Positions 1 to 9,210 of a DNA stretch of 64,000 nucleotides are shown piece by piece. The stretch is from a virus. Taxonomy: Duplodnaviria > Caudoviricetes. The notes under the pieces are model-generated. The model ran no database searches and was not told the origin of the DNA. It was given only the letters and a program-made list of their open reading frames with translations. The DNA lies in IMG/VR virus record IMGVR_UViG_3300043427_003220, positions 32,001-96,000 of that record; one strand, 5' to 3'. Numbering within the stretch: position 1 is the first letter of the stretch; each line of letters opens with the position of its first letter. Made by a program: the position numbers and the translations under genes.

Positions 1-1341
1 TGGAAACCGACTGTTTCCCCTGGAGGTGGTTTAGATGCTGCCAAGTCGGTCGAAGGAAATGGTCTGTTTATTGGCGTTGCGGTTGGCGATTACATTAGGA
101 AAGAATCCGATGGAATACTATCTTATTATAAAGTCACAAAACTTTATGACGGAACAACCGTCATAACAACCGAAGGGGCTGTGGCCGGCTCTACGATTCG
201 CGCAGTCGAGCTAGACAGAGCCATTTCAACGTCAACAACCGAACAGTACAGATATTTCAGGTCGCGCTATTCCAATGCGGATTTGCAAGTAAGAGGCCCG
301 ACCGACATACCCGCTAACGATGTAGATTGGTATTGGCTTGGTCGCAGAACAGGTACGACTTTTTATCTACGCGGATATGGAAATTTATCTGCGGGAGAAG
401 AAATTGAAGTTGTAGATACTGGCGCAGACAACGAAAATCAAAATGATTTTGGCGCAGAGCCAATTTTGACGCTGGACCCTGATATTGCTTATGTTTCAAA
501 TACGTTGGGCTTTAATCCCAGCTTACTGTCTCCCCTAGATAACACCGTTTATTTGTCTTTTTATAAAAGAAAAACAAGCAATAGAACTAATTCAGATACA
601 ACGCAAAACCCTGCAATTTTTACTTATCAAATGAACAAGACCATTACCCTTAATACTAACCAAGAATTATGGGTAAAAATTTCAGATACTTATTCGGCAA
701 CTCCGTATGTGTTAACCGCCGGCGACGTATCAGATGTTACGACTACAAATGTTTATCAAATAAGAGATGCGACAAACTCGCCCTTAAGAAATTACGACAA
801 TCGCCAAGTATTTATGCTCGCCAAGCAAGTTACAATTGGCGGTAGTTCATACGTTATGTTCTTTGATGGGGCGGCAGTTGGTGCCAAAGGCCGCGCCACT
901 CCTCAAAGACTTCAGGTAGAAAATGTTTGGATTCACGACACAGACGTTGATGTGACATCAACAGTCACCGACGCTCGTTTGTTTGAAAACGCCAACGAAA
1001 TTAAAGTTGGTAAATCTCTTAGTAGAACTCGAATTGAGGGCGCGCAGTCAGTTAAGAGAGCTAATGTGTCAGGAACGTACGCCGTACTTTCAACCGACCA
1101 CATTCTTTCTGTTGACACCTCATCTTCCGCTGCTACAGTAACATTGCCCGCAATTAGCGCGGTAGGGGATGGTCATACTGTAATTGTTAAAGATAGGTTT
1201 AACAGCTCTTATACAAATACAATTACAGTTAATCCAAGTGGCACAGATACGATAGATGGCGACACTTCTTTTGTTATTCAGTCAGATGGAGCTTCCCTTG
1301 TCCTTGTTGCCAATGCAGCGGGAGACTGGGAACTCATTTAA
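1..1341 (+). CDS. Virion structural/fibre protein, 5'-truncated at the window edge
   Basis: Frame is open from base 1 (WKPTVSPGGG...). The C-terminal 'DHILSVDTSSSAATVTLPA...VIVKD...TITVNPSG.DTIDG...WELI' module recurs in several fibre proteins in this window. Confidence 0.7.
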   Translation, partial: WKPTVSPGGGLDAAKSVEGNGLFIGVAVGDYIRKESDGILSYYKVTKLYDGTTVITTEGAVAGSTIRAVELDRAISTSTTEQYRYFRSRYSNADLQVRGPTDIPANDVDWYWLGRRTGTTFYLRGYGNLSAGEEIEVVDTGADNENQNDFGAEPILTLDPDIAYVSNTLGFNPSLLSPLDNTVYLSFYKRKTSNRTNSDTTQNPAIFTYQMNKTITLNTNQELWVKISDTYSATPYVLTAGDVSDVTTTNVYQIRDATNSPLRNYDNRQVFMLAKQVTIGGSSYVMFFDGAAVGAKGRATPQRLQVENVWIHDTDVDVTSTVTDARLFENANEIKVGKSLSRTRIEGAQSVKRANVSGTYAVLSTDHILSVDTSSSAATVTLPAISAVGDGHTVIVKDRFNSSYTNTITVNPSGTDTIDGDTSFVIQSDGASLVLVANAAGDWELI

Positions 1342-1350
1342 GGAGTTTTT

Positions 1351-1767
1351 ATGAGTAATGTTATTGATTTGACAAAAAAAATTAAACGCAAAACCCTCGC
1401 ATCGGTTGTACGACAGGAGACTTTGGGGGTTGATTTAACTCAAACTCAAATTTATAAATTGCGGCTCGGCACCGCGTTATGGTTTGACGCGGATGATGCT
1501 ATCGTTGCCATACAAAAAAATGGCGATGACTTTAAAATCCTCCTTTGTCCTGTTAATAGAGATTTACTTGAAGGCAAGTGGGATACGTTTGGGAGATTAA
1601 GTTGGTTTTGGCTCAGACACGTTAAACTTAAAAGAGTTGGTAAGCACAGAGCGTCTTCAGACGCATTTAAAATTTTGCTGCAAAGAACTTCTGGAGTTGA
1701 CGCAGATATTGAGTTTGTGAGAACATTGCCCCAACTACCGGAAATCAATCCGGCTTATTCAATATAG
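1351..1767 (+). CDS. Hypothetical protein
   Basis: 138-aa ORF preceded by AAGGAG RBS. Confidence 0.6.
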   Translation: MSNVIDLTKKIKRKTLASVVRQETLGVDLTQTQIYKLRLGTALWFDADDAIVAIQKNGDDFKILLCPVNRDLLEGKWDTFGRLSWFWLRHVKLKRVGKHRASSDAFKILLQRTSGVDADIEFVRTLPQLPEINPAYSI

Positions 1768-1813
1768 GCACTAAATAGGAGTTGAGTGCATATTTAATAT
1801 GCACTAATACACA

Positions 1814-2494
1814 ATGGCCAAGGTGACTGAACAACAGCTAGCTCAGCAGAAACTCTTGAAAGAACTTCAAGAGGCATACGAGCGTGACTATACTTGGCTA
1901 ACAGAAGAAGAGCGCAATATTGCAGAGAGAGCGTTGGCCGCTCAAAAAACGCTCGTTGTTAGTCCCTCTCAGGAGGCCGCTTTGTTCGGTGTCTATGCCA
2001 TGGGCAGGACTTGTGTTCAGATTGCCAGGCAGTCGGGTCACCTGCCTGAAACTATCGTCCTAAGTCTACTAAGATACAATTGGTGTCTTAGGATGCAGAT
2101 GGCCAACCAACAAGCAGACGGCAGCGTTTTAGAGGTCTTTGGTAAAGAGGCTATTGACACAATCTTTACTATGACTAAGATTGCGATTGAGAACGACTTG
2201 AAGAAAGTTTTGGCCGGCGAGATGGCTGCTGGCGACTCCGGCTTTGTGCCAAAAAACATCAAAGAGATGAAAGACTTTTTAGGGATTGTTGGCGAAGTCC
2301 ACAAGATTGATGCCTTCATGCGCCTTTCCGCCAAACAGCCTCTTGTGAATGTCAGTAACCAGACGTTAACTCTGAATGGCGGTCAGACACAGGCTCAGAC
2401 TCAAGTCACAGATGCTCAAACCGTTGAATTGCTTGAGACTTCTGAAAAACGTATTGAAGCCTTGAAGGCTCTTGAAGAAGAATCAAAAGAATAG
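1814..2494 (+). CDS. Hypothetical helical protein, possibly terminase small subunit
   Basis: 226 aa with an HTH-like segment (GRTCVQIARQSG), helical middle and extended C-terminal tail. The terS assignment is only a guess from architecture. Confidence 0.35.
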   Translation: MAKVTEQQLAQQKLLKELQEAYERDYTWLTEEERNIAERALAAQKTLVVSPSQEAALFGVYAMGRTCVQIARQSGHLPETIVLSLLRYNWCLRMQMANQQADGSVLEVFGKEAIDTIFTMTKIAIENDLKKVLAGEMAAGDSGFVPKNIKEMKDFLGIVGEVHKIDAFMRLSAKQPLVNVSNQTLTLNGGQTQAQTQVTDAQTVELLETSEKRIEALKALEEESKE

Positions 2495-2555
2495 TTATTG
2501 ACATTCTTTTTGCTGTAGTCTACAAATAAAAGACTTATTCAAATAAAAAAACAAT

Positions 2556-2582
2556 TAAAGTTTCTCCTTGACCCTCCGATAA
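2556..2582 (+). promoter_or_regulatory. Sigma-28 (FliA)-type promoter
   Basis: TAAA-gtttctccttgaccc(15)-TCCGATAA, then GGAGG and ATG at 2614. Confidence 0.8.
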
Positions 2583-2613
2583 GACTTATGTAAGTCAACT
2601 ACGGAGGTCTTCC

Positions 2614-2934
2614 ATGAACAATCTTCAAGCCCAAGCCAGAACCTTCATTGAAACTGCAACCAAGCACAAATTCAACATTGTTGCGACCAGCGACACTGTC
2701 ATCAGAATTACGAGAAAGTTTGAAGTAGGTGACCGTCAAGCATTCTGTGAGTGCGACATGATGGCTTCCAGTGTCCTTGATTTGGCTCCCTTGAAGGGCG
2801 GTTCTGTCTGGGGCACTGATGGTGGTTCTATTGGCGGAGCTGTTGCTCTGCAGGATGGCCTATTTGTCATGAATAAGTCTGGTTCAGGCGGAGCACGCTT
2901 CATGCGTGAACTGCGCAAGCAGCTTGGTCAATAG
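2614..2934 (+). CDS. Hypothetical phage protein (WGTDGGSIGG motif)
   Basis: 106 aa, GGAGG RBS. Confidence 0.7.
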   Translation: MNNLQAQARTFIETATKHKFNIVATSDTVIRITRKFEVGDRQAFCECDMMASSVLDLAPLKGGSVWGTDGGSIGGAVALQDGLFVMNKSGSGGARFMRELRKQLGQ

Positions 2935-2979
2935 AAGTCAATAGAAGTCAATAGATTGGCCGATAGAAGGTCAATAGAA
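2927..2979 (+). repeat. Five roughly 10-bp-phased direct repeats GTCAATAGAA
   Basis: Copies at 2927, 2937, 2947 (9/10), 2959 (GCCGATAGAA) and 2970. Confidence 0.85.
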
Positions 2980-2986
2980 TTTTTGT

Positions 2987-3013
2987 TAAAGTTATTTTTG
3001 AGCGTGACGATAA
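2987..3013 (+). promoter_or_regulatory. Sigma-28-type promoter
   Basis: TAAA-gttatttttgagcgt(15)-GACGATAA, then GGGGGTGA and ATG at 3034. Confidence 0.75.
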
Positions 3014-3033
3014 GTTATTCATGGGGGTGAGTT

Positions 3034-3237
3034 ATGTACGTAGTGATTATTGACTCTGCAACTGACGGCTGGACTGTAAACCAATCTTTTGAAGCTGAGT
3101 TCTCAACGCTCGGCGAGGCAGAATCCTATGTGCGCACGCTTGAGCGTTGGTCTGCTACTGATAGTCAAAAACAGTTGTGGATTTCTCATGGTCCACAGTT
3201 TAGAATTTTTTGTGAAGAATCAGGCGAATACGTTTAA
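3034..3237 (+). CDS. Hypothetical protein
   Basis: 67-aa ORF with RBS, directly after the promoter motif. Confidence 0.6.
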   Translation: MYVVIIDSATDGWTVNQSFEAEFSTLGEAESYVRTLERWSATDSQKQLWISHGPQFRIFCEESGEYV

Positions 3238-3252
3238 TTTATGGAGGTATTT

Positions 3253-3627
3253 ATGTTTAAGTATTTGATTTCTTTTGTTTTGTTGGTCGGTTGCGGTGCT
3301 CCTCAAACGCCAGTAGAGGTGTCAGCAGATAAAATGCTACATGATTTTGTGACTGATTGTAAGTCTGTTTATGGAGATAGATGCAACACTTCTATAGTCA
3401 TTCATAGTTTGGCAGAGTCTGCTGAAGAAGAGGCTTGTTGGTTTGAGGATGGCAATCCCGTTAGGCAAATTGTGCCATACAAAGGCTTTGTGGCTCAAAA
3501 CAATAAAACCGCTGTTTATGAGCTATTGTTTTTTTGTAACTTGAATTTAGGAACACTAGAGAGTAAACTGTTAAAGTTTGATGAATTTGCGTTGGTATTA
3601 GGGTTGACAAAACAGGAGCAGCAATGA
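3253..3627 (+). CDS. Putative lipoprotein
   Basis: Start moved to ATG 3253 after GGAGG. Signal peptide II-like MFKYLISFVLLVG-C. Confidence 0.65.
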   Translation: MFKYLISFVLLVGCGAPQTPVEVSADKMLHDFVTDCKSVYGDRCNTSIVIHSLAESAEEEACWFEDGNPVRQIVPYKGFVAQNNKTAVYELLFFCNLNLGTLESKLLKFDEFALVLGLTKQEQQ

Positions 3628-3836
3628 CGGAATCACAATGGCTTCAGGCACAACAAGCCTATGACAGAGTAAGAGCCTTACTAGTTAAGGACGGTCAAAC
3701 AATGGAGCAAGCTCAAAAAACGCTTGAAACGCTTGTTTTGTTTGTAATGGGAAGTAAGCTTTCAAAAGAAGAAAACAATGTTGATTTAGCTAGATTTATT
3801 GAAGCCATGTTAAAGGGCGATAAGCCTCAATGTTAA
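3624..3836 (+). CDS. Hypothetical protein
   Basis: ATGA overlap with the upstream gene, AGGAG RBS. Confidence 0.6.
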   Translation: MTESQWLQAQQAYDRVRALLVKDGQTMEQAQKTLETLVLFVMGSKLSKEENNVDLARFIEAMLKGDKPQC

Positions 3837-3848
3837 GGAATTTTAATT

Positions 3849-4094
3849 ATGGAACAGCAATGGATTAGCGCCAAAAAAGCAAAAAAAATGCTTAAAATTG
3901 ATGAAGAACAGTTAGATATTTTAGAAAAACAGGGAAAAGTTAAAACAATTCAGTCTATTGGCAATAAACTGTATCTTTTGTCTAGTCTTTCTGAAGAAAA
4001 GATTGAGTCTTTGCCACAAGAAACGCAAAAAAATATTCAAAAAAACGTATTTAAAAGATTTTTTTCTAAAGTTTTTTCTTGGCTTTCTGTTTAA
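3849..4094 (+). CDS. Small HTH (MerR/excisionase-like) DNA-binding protein
   Basis: WISAKKAKKMLKI...L..LEKQGKV pattern resembles HTH_17/MerR-like domains. Confidence 0.45.
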   Translation: MEQQWISAKKAKKMLKIDEEQLDILEKQGKVKTIQSIGNKLYLLSSLSEEKIESLPQETQKNIQKNVFKRFFSKVFSWLSV

Positions 4095-4134
4095 TTGTTT
4101 GAAAAAAATATATTTTTTCTAACTAGGAATTTTT

Positions 4135-4473
4135 ATGAAACATTTATTTTTATGTGTATTATTGGTTGGTTGTGCGACATCTCCGCAAGTTCCAAATTTG
4201 GCTCCACAACCAACGCCCTCCCCTACCCAAACGCCCAAACGCAAGCCAAAATACAAGGTTGGCGACTGTCTTATGATTGTAGATTTGATTAAAGGCGAAA
4301 CTGAATCTCGCCATAGAGTCAAAATTGAGAAAGTCGGCGTAGATCGTTATTACTACAGATGGCTTCTTGACGACGGACGTTGGGACTCGGAATTATCTGG
4401 CAGCGCTGGCAAATTTGAAGTTTTAGAAAAAATTTCAAAAAAAGTGTTTGACTGCCCTAAAGTTTCACAATAA
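4135..4473 (+). CDS. Putative lipoprotein
   Basis: MKHLFLCVLLVG-C lipobox followed by a Pro/Thr linker. Confidence 0.65.
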   Translation: MKHLFLCVLLVGCATSPQVPNLAPQPTPSPTQTPKRKPKYKVGDCLMIVDLIKGETESRHRVKIEKVGVDRYYYRWLLDDGRWDSELSGSAGKFEVLEKISKKVFDCPKVSQ

Positions 4474-4484
4474 ACAGTCGATAA
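4458..4484 (+). promoter_or_regulatory. Sigma-28-type promoter
   Basis: TAAA-gtttcacaataaaca(15)-GTCGATAA, then AAGGAGG and ATG at 4522. Confidence 0.8.
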
Positions 4485-4521
4485 GTCTTACATGAGCAAT
4501 TCAGCTCGTAAAGGAGGCTTT

Positions 4522-4764
4522 ATGCAGGTTTATGTAATTACTTCAGTGGTTAATTCATATGAAGATGTTTCTCCAAATTATGGCGCTGCCAGTGTGTGGT
4601 ACGAAGTGTTTCGTAATAAGGAAGATGCTGTCAACCTTTTGAAAGAATGGGGCTGCGAGCCATTGTCAGACGCAGAAGATACCTTTGCTAGAAAAAAAGA
4701 AAAAGATGGGTGTGTTTACAATTTTTATTACAAAATCAACTCTCAGTTTTTTGCAGGAGCTTAA
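4522..4764 (+). CDS. Hypothetical protein
   Basis: Start moved to ATG 4522 after AAGGAGG. Confidence 0.6.
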   Translation: MQVYVITSVVNSYEDVSPNYGAASVWYEVFRNKEDAVNLLKEWGCEPLSDAEDTFARKKEKDGCVYNFYYKINSQFFAGA

Positions 4765-4765
4765 G

Positions 4766-4855
4766 ATGACAGAATATCAATTTTTTTTAATTTTTGCGGT
4801 TGCCGTAGCCGCATTGTTTGTGTTGGGGTTGACGGTTAATATCATTCAAGACTAA
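4766..4855 (+). CDS. Small single-TM peptide (29 aa)
   Basis: MTEYQFFLIFAVAVAALFVLGLTVNIIQD with AGGAG RBS. It fills the intergenic gap exactly. Confidence 0.5.
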   Translation: MTEYQFFLIFAVAVAALFVLGLTVNIIQD

Positions 4856-4867
4856 GGAGTCACTGTC

Positions 4868-5137
4868 ATGGCTAATCCAAAAGTGATACTTCAGGCAGCA
4901 GACTTCTTGACCAAAATGAACATACCCTATAAGTCCATCAAGATGTTTGGGAAGATGCTTATGATTAATACAACGGACTATGAATCTGCTTGTATTATTG
5001 AAAGTATCCTTAATGGCTCTGGCGCAGCCAATGTCAGTGTAGAGGCTCCAGAAGACCGCTATAGCGATGACTATGCGGTGGTTGGCCTTCTAAATGATGA
5101 AATTGAATACGATGACGAGCAGGATGAAGAGCAATGA
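4868..5137 (+). CDS. Hypothetical protein, acidic C-terminus
   Basis: 89 aa, AAGGAG RBS. Confidence 0.6.
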   Translation: MANPKVILQAADFLTKMNIPYKSIKMFGKMLMINTTDYESACIIESILNGSGAANVSVEAPEDRYSDDYAVVGLLNDEIEYDDEQDEEQ

Positions 5138-5328
5138 AACACTTAGTTGCAGCCATTATGTTTTTTCAGATTTGTGGCAATGATTTGGTAATTATTAAGA
5201 ACAATCAACCTTATGCCGTCTGCGGCACTGTAACGCAACTATGCAAAAGTCTTGACATTATTGATTTAATGCTGATTAGGCAGATTTCTTCTTGTTCAAC
5301 TTTAAAGAAGTTTAATGTTATTGAGTAG
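5134..5328 (+). CDS. Hypothetical protein
   Basis: ATGA-coupled 64-aa ORF. Confidence 0.45.
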   Translation: MKHLVAAIMFFQICGNDLVIIKNNQPYAVCGTVTQLCKSLDIIDLMLIRQISSCSTLKKFNVIE

Positions 5329-5337
5329 GAGCTTACT

Positions 5338-5940
5338 ATGCTGAAGGTACTTTTGGCTTTGTTGTTAATTGGGTGTGGAACCGTCGAGCAACAAATAATA
5401 GAAGTAGAAAAAGAAGTCCCTGTCCCGTTCTACATTGATAAGTCAAAAGTAGATTCTAAGCTGCTCCCATATGTCATGGAATTTGCAGGCCATTGTGAAA
5501 AGTTTGGAGTTTCTGAACTTTGTCAAAAAAACTTTAAAAAAATTAAATCAATTAAAACAGTTAAATCTTTTTCTGAAAAAATGGTTTTGGGCAAGTGCTA
5601 TATGCACCATAGTGGTCAAAGGTGGGTTGAGGTCACAGAAAGTTGGTACAACTTGGATTCACACTCCATGCGCACTGTCATTATTCATGAGATGATGCAC
5701 TGCACTTTGGCTGCTGGAGACGCCGAAATCTTTCCTCACTACGACGACGAAGAAGACATCATGAACAGCTACCTTTTGTCAGAAAAAACTTTGTTTTTTA
5801 ATTGGCCGGCTTTGTTGAAGGCTGTGTTTCTTAGGGCTGGCGGGACTTTGTCATTGACAAGCCCAGCAGAGACTGCTACAGTAACGCAAACCATAATGGA
5901 CGAAACGGGAGGAATATCTTGTGAAGCCAGAAAAGATTAG
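5338..5940 (+). CDS. Lipoprotein zinc metallopeptidase (matrixin/metzincin-like)
   Basis: Lipobox LLIG-C, HEMMH motif, downstream His and DIMNSY Met-turn-like motif. Confidence 0.65.
   Translation: MLKVLLALLLIGCGTVEQQIIEVEKEVPVPFYIDKSKVDSKLLPYVMEFAGHCEKFGVSELCQKNFKKIKSIKTVKSFSEKMVLGKCYMHHSGQRWVEVTESWYNLDSHSMRTVIIHEMMHCTLAAGDAEIFPHYDDEEDIMNSYLLSEKTLFFNWPALLKAVFLRAGGTLSLTSPAETATVTQTIMDETGGISCEARKD
5854..5882 (+). promoter_or_regulatory. Sigma-70-type promoter inside the peptidase gene, upstream of 5921/glpX/terminase
   Basis: TTGACA-N17-TACAGT with TG extended -10. Confidence 0.5.
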
Positions 5941-6295
5941 TTACGAAGCACTAAAAGAACAATTTCCAGAACTGCTTGATAAGTGCCCGATTGAAGTTAG
6001 AGAGGGATGGTACGGACTTGTTTGGGATATGTGTGAGCAGATATTGGCTGCACGCAAAGCCAAAAATATACCGATTGATGAAGAGAATCCCTTTTATTTT
6101 GTGCAAATTAAAGAAAAGTTTGGCACTTTGAGGGCATATGCTTCTTGGTCAACAGAGGAAGATGAAAAGATTATTTCTATGTTTGAAGATATGAGTCAGT
6201 TTGTCTGCGATGCCTGCGGCGGTGTTGGAAAACTCAGGGGTCAGTATTGGCTCTATACGGCCTGCGATGAGCATACAAACCCTAAAGACAGGTAA
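5921..6295 (+). CDS. Conserved phage hypothetical protein with C-terminal Cys pairs
   Basis: QIKEKFGTLR-Y and CDACG...C motifs, GTG start after GGAGG. Confidence 0.65.
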   Translation: MKPEKISYEALKEQFPELLDKCPIEVREGWYGLVWDMCEQILAARKAKNIPIDEENPFYFVQIKEKFGTLRAYASWSTEEDEKIISMFEDMSQFVCDACGGVGKLRGQYWLYTACDEHTNPKDR

Positions 6296-6298
6296 GAT

Positions 6299-7201
6299 AT
6301 GGATTTCTTTAAGTTTTTGCGAGTCACTGAAGCAGCAGCTATTGCTAGTTCTAAGTGGATTGGCAAGATGGACAAAAATGCAGCAGATGGAGCTGCTGTA
6401 GATGCCATGAGGGCAGAATTTGATTTTATGGATATTCAAGGCGTTGTGGCTATCGGTGAAGGCGAACTCGACGAAGCTCCTATGTTGTACATTGGCGAAA
6501 AGTTAGGGACAGGCCGTGGTGACAAGTATGACATTGCTGTAGACCCACTAGAGGGGACTGAGTTGGTTGCTAAGGGTAAACCCAATGCTATCTCTGTTAT
6601 GGCTGTAGGAGATTGGGGTTGCCTCATGAGAGCGCCTGATTGCTATATGGATAAGATAGTTGTGGGTTCAAACGCTAAAAGTGCTCTAGTAAGTCTATTC
6701 AAGACTCCTGAGCAAAACCTTAAAGCAATTGCCGACACAATGAGGAGGCCAGTCAAAGACCTGACTGTTTGTGTTTTAGATAGGCCAAGACATATTGATT
6801 TGATTAAAGAAATTACCCAATTAGGGGCTAAAATATCACTTATCAGTGACGGCGACGTACTCGCTGCTATTGGTGTGTGTATGGGCAAGTACGATGTGTT
6901 GATGGGTATTGGCGGCGCTCCAGAGGGTGTTGTATCGGCTGCAGCAGTCAAGAGTCTGGGTGGAAGGATTCTAGGACGTTTAGTATTAGATACATCAGAA
7001 CTCAAAGAACGAGCCGCCAAGATGCACAAACGCGAAGATATAGAGTACGATACGGTAGATATGGCTCATGGTGAACATATAGCCTTTATTGCGACGGGAG
7101 TGACAGACTCTTTCTTGTTGAACGGAGTCATCCACAATGAGGTCCATTCAGTTATACTGACTCCAAAAGAAAGAAGATTCATAAAGACAACTTATGGCTA
7201 A
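6299..7201 (+). CDS. glpX: Class II fructose-1,6-bisphosphatase (GlpX family)
   Basis: GEGELDEAPMLYIGE, DIAVDPLEGT, LDRPRH, ISDGDV, GIGGAPEGV and ATGVTD motifs of GlpX. Confidence 0.93.
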   Translation: MDFFKFLRVTEAAAIASSKWIGKMDKNAADGAAVDAMRAEFDFMDIQGVVAIGEGELDEAPMLYIGEKLGTGRGDKYDIAVDPLEGTELVAKGKPNAISVMAVGDWGCLMRAPDCYMDKIVVGSNAKSALVSLFKTPEQNLKAIADTMRRPVKDLTVCVLDRPRHIDLIKEITQLGAKISLISDGDVLAAIGVCMGKYDVLMGIGGAPEGVVSAAAVKSLGGRILGRLVLDTSELKERAAKMHKREDIEYDTVDMAHGEHIAFIATGVTDSFLLNGVIHNEVHSVILTPKERRFIKTTYG

Positions 7202-9170
7202 GAAAAAAGAACCAGAAATAACAGAAGAACAGCGACTGCGCATTGAGATGCGTAAGCGCCTTTTGTTTACTATTTGTGAATCTAAAGAAGAGCTTCAACA
7301 ATTTATTAAAACTTTCCTTAAGCTAGATTTGCCAGACTGTACAGTAGACGAACTGTCTACTTCTAATCCTATGGAGTCAGTTTGGCAAATTTACTGTACA
7401 ATGAGGACCAACAAGGGCGCCCATCGTGTTGTCGTGGCTGCTTCTCGTAACTCAATGAAGACCGTTATGTCGGCAGTCATTCACTGGTTGGCCATGGTTC
7501 ACTTTAGAAGGTCATGCCTGCAGATTGCCGCCATCAAAGACCAATCTTATAAGGCAATCAAGTATCTTAAGAAATTCCTCCGTATTCCGGAACTTCAAGA
7601 CCACTTTGAAACAAACAGAGCAGGCGAACTTAGACTATCTAATTTGCCTCCCAACTCATATACATCTAAAGATGATGCAGACGTATTTGTGACAGCAGCA
7701 ACCCTTGAAGGTGCTAACTCATCACGTGCGTCTATTATCATTCGAGATGAGTGTGACTTAACACCCAGAGAGATTCTTTCAGAAGTTGCTATGGTTGCCG
7801 ACCCTACTCAAGACGAACACGGCTTTGAGCCAATCACAATTTCTTTGTCGTCTCGCAAGACTTCTCAGGGACCCTTGCAAGAATTGATGGAAGAGGCCGA
7901 GAAGGGCGAAGATACGGACATTAGGTTGGATAAGTGGTCAGCAGTAGACTTCATGAGAAAGTGCCCTCCCGAAGTTCACGGAGAGAAAAGACTCAAGGCA
8001 TACCTTCATACGGAAAACCTTAAAGTTAGATGGGATGAGGAGACATTTCAAGAAGAGCCGCAGGCTATCAAAACCAAGTACAAAGAAATATTGGCCTACG
8101 AAGGCTGCGTTACTTGTCCTGCGTTTATTGCCTGTCAAGCTCGCGCTCCTAAGCAAACAGGCAAGTCAAAGACATTAAGAACAATTGCCTTTACGGGCAA
8201 CTTTATTAAAGAAACCAAAGAAGCCAATAAGATTATTGCCCAGATTTTGAACTGGCGTCCTGAAACCGGCGGCTTAGTGTTTCCTACGTTTAGTCGTCAT
8301 CTTCACGTGAGAAACGTGGAAGAAACTTGGCTTTGGGTAACTGGTCAACAATGGAAAGCGAATAGAAAATGCACTAAGCAGGATGTCTATGCTTGGGCAG
8401 TGACGAACAAGTGGGAAGTTAGCTTCGGTGTTGACTGGGGTGTTAGAGATGCCGCCGTGGTTACGGTAATTCTGTATTCACAAACTCAATCGCGTTGCAT
8501 TGTTTTAAGCGTTCGCGCAGCTACGGGCTACCCTAACTCTCAGTGGGCTGAAACTATTAGACAAAAAGAATGTATGACTTTTCCGCCAGACATTATCTGC
8601 CCTGATATGGCTGATGCTGGCTCGGCCCATTATTTTCAGCCGTATGGTTTCGCCGTCAAAACTAAAAAGCCAGCTCAAATTGAAACAGGTGTAAGCCAAA
8701 TTCAGTCGTTATTGTGGAATGTCGAAAGACAAGAGGCCGACGTAGTATTTTGCAAGACGGAAAACGATTCGGGGATGGACTTTGCTATTGATTGTATGAT
8801 TGGTTGGATGCACAAGAAAGACCCCCGTGGAGAGTTTGACACAAGTCGATACGAAGACGATGATAACACTCACTTTCCCGATGCTTTTCGTTATGCGTTG
8901 GACAAATATCGAACTTCTATGGAAATTCGTATCGCCTCCAAAAAGAATATTGAACAGGCCCCCATGACTCGCGAACAAGCCTATCGCAAAGATATTGATG
9001 CCGCTATGTACGATACCTATAAAGAAATGGGCGTCCCTATGATGCCGTCGCAACTAGCTGAAATGACTATAGACGCTTACAGAAAAGCTGGCATGGGGCA
9101 CCTTATTGAGGGTGATTCTCAGGGGCCGGCTCCTGAGCCAAAGAAAAAATTAATCAAATTTAGTATTTAA
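7194..9170 (+). CDS. terL: Terminase large subunit
   Basis: Deviant Walker A (AASRNSMKT), Walker B (IIIRDE), RNase-H-like nuclease motifs GVDWG..D and H.PDAFRYA, with an HNH gene and a portal gene nearby. Confidence 0.8.
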   Translation: MAKKKEPEITEEQRLRIEMRKRLLFTICESKEELQQFIKTFLKLDLPDCTVDELSTSNPMESVWQIYCTMRTNKGAHRVVVAASRNSMKTVMSAVIHWLAMVHFRRSCLQIAAIKDQSYKAIKYLKKFLRIPELQDHFETNRAGELRLSNLPPNSYTSKDDADVFVTAATLEGANSSRASIIIRDECDLTPREILSEVAMVADPTQDEHGFEPITISLSSRKTSQGPLQELMEEAEKGEDTDIRLDKWSAVDFMRKCPPEVHGEKRLKAYLHTENLKVRWDEETFQEEPQAIKTKYKEILAYEGCVTCPAFIACQARAPKQTGKSKTLRTIAFTGNFIKETKEANKIIAQILNWRPETGGLVFPTFSRHLHVRNVEETWLWVTGQQWKANRKCTKQDVYAWAVTNKWEVSFGVDWGVRDAAVVTVILYSQTQSRCIVLSVRAATGYPNSQWAETIRQKECMTFPPDIICPDMADAGSAHYFQPYGFAVKTKKPAQIETGVSQIQSLLWNVERQEADVVFCKTENDSGMDFAIDCMIGWMHKKDPRGEFDTSRYEDDDNTHFPDAFRYALDKYRTSMEIRIASKKNIEQAPMTREQAYRKDIDAAMYDTYKEMGVPMMPSQLAEMTIDAYRKAGMGHLIEGDSQGPAPEPKKKLIKFSI

Positions 9171-9210
9171 TGTTAAAATGTACCATAGTTTCAACTAAAG
9201 GAGAAAAAAC

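Noticed and set aside
2498-2526. Sigma-70 promoter TTGACA-N17-TACAAA
   Set aside because: The -10 box lacks the conserved final T, so it is too weak to list, though possible.
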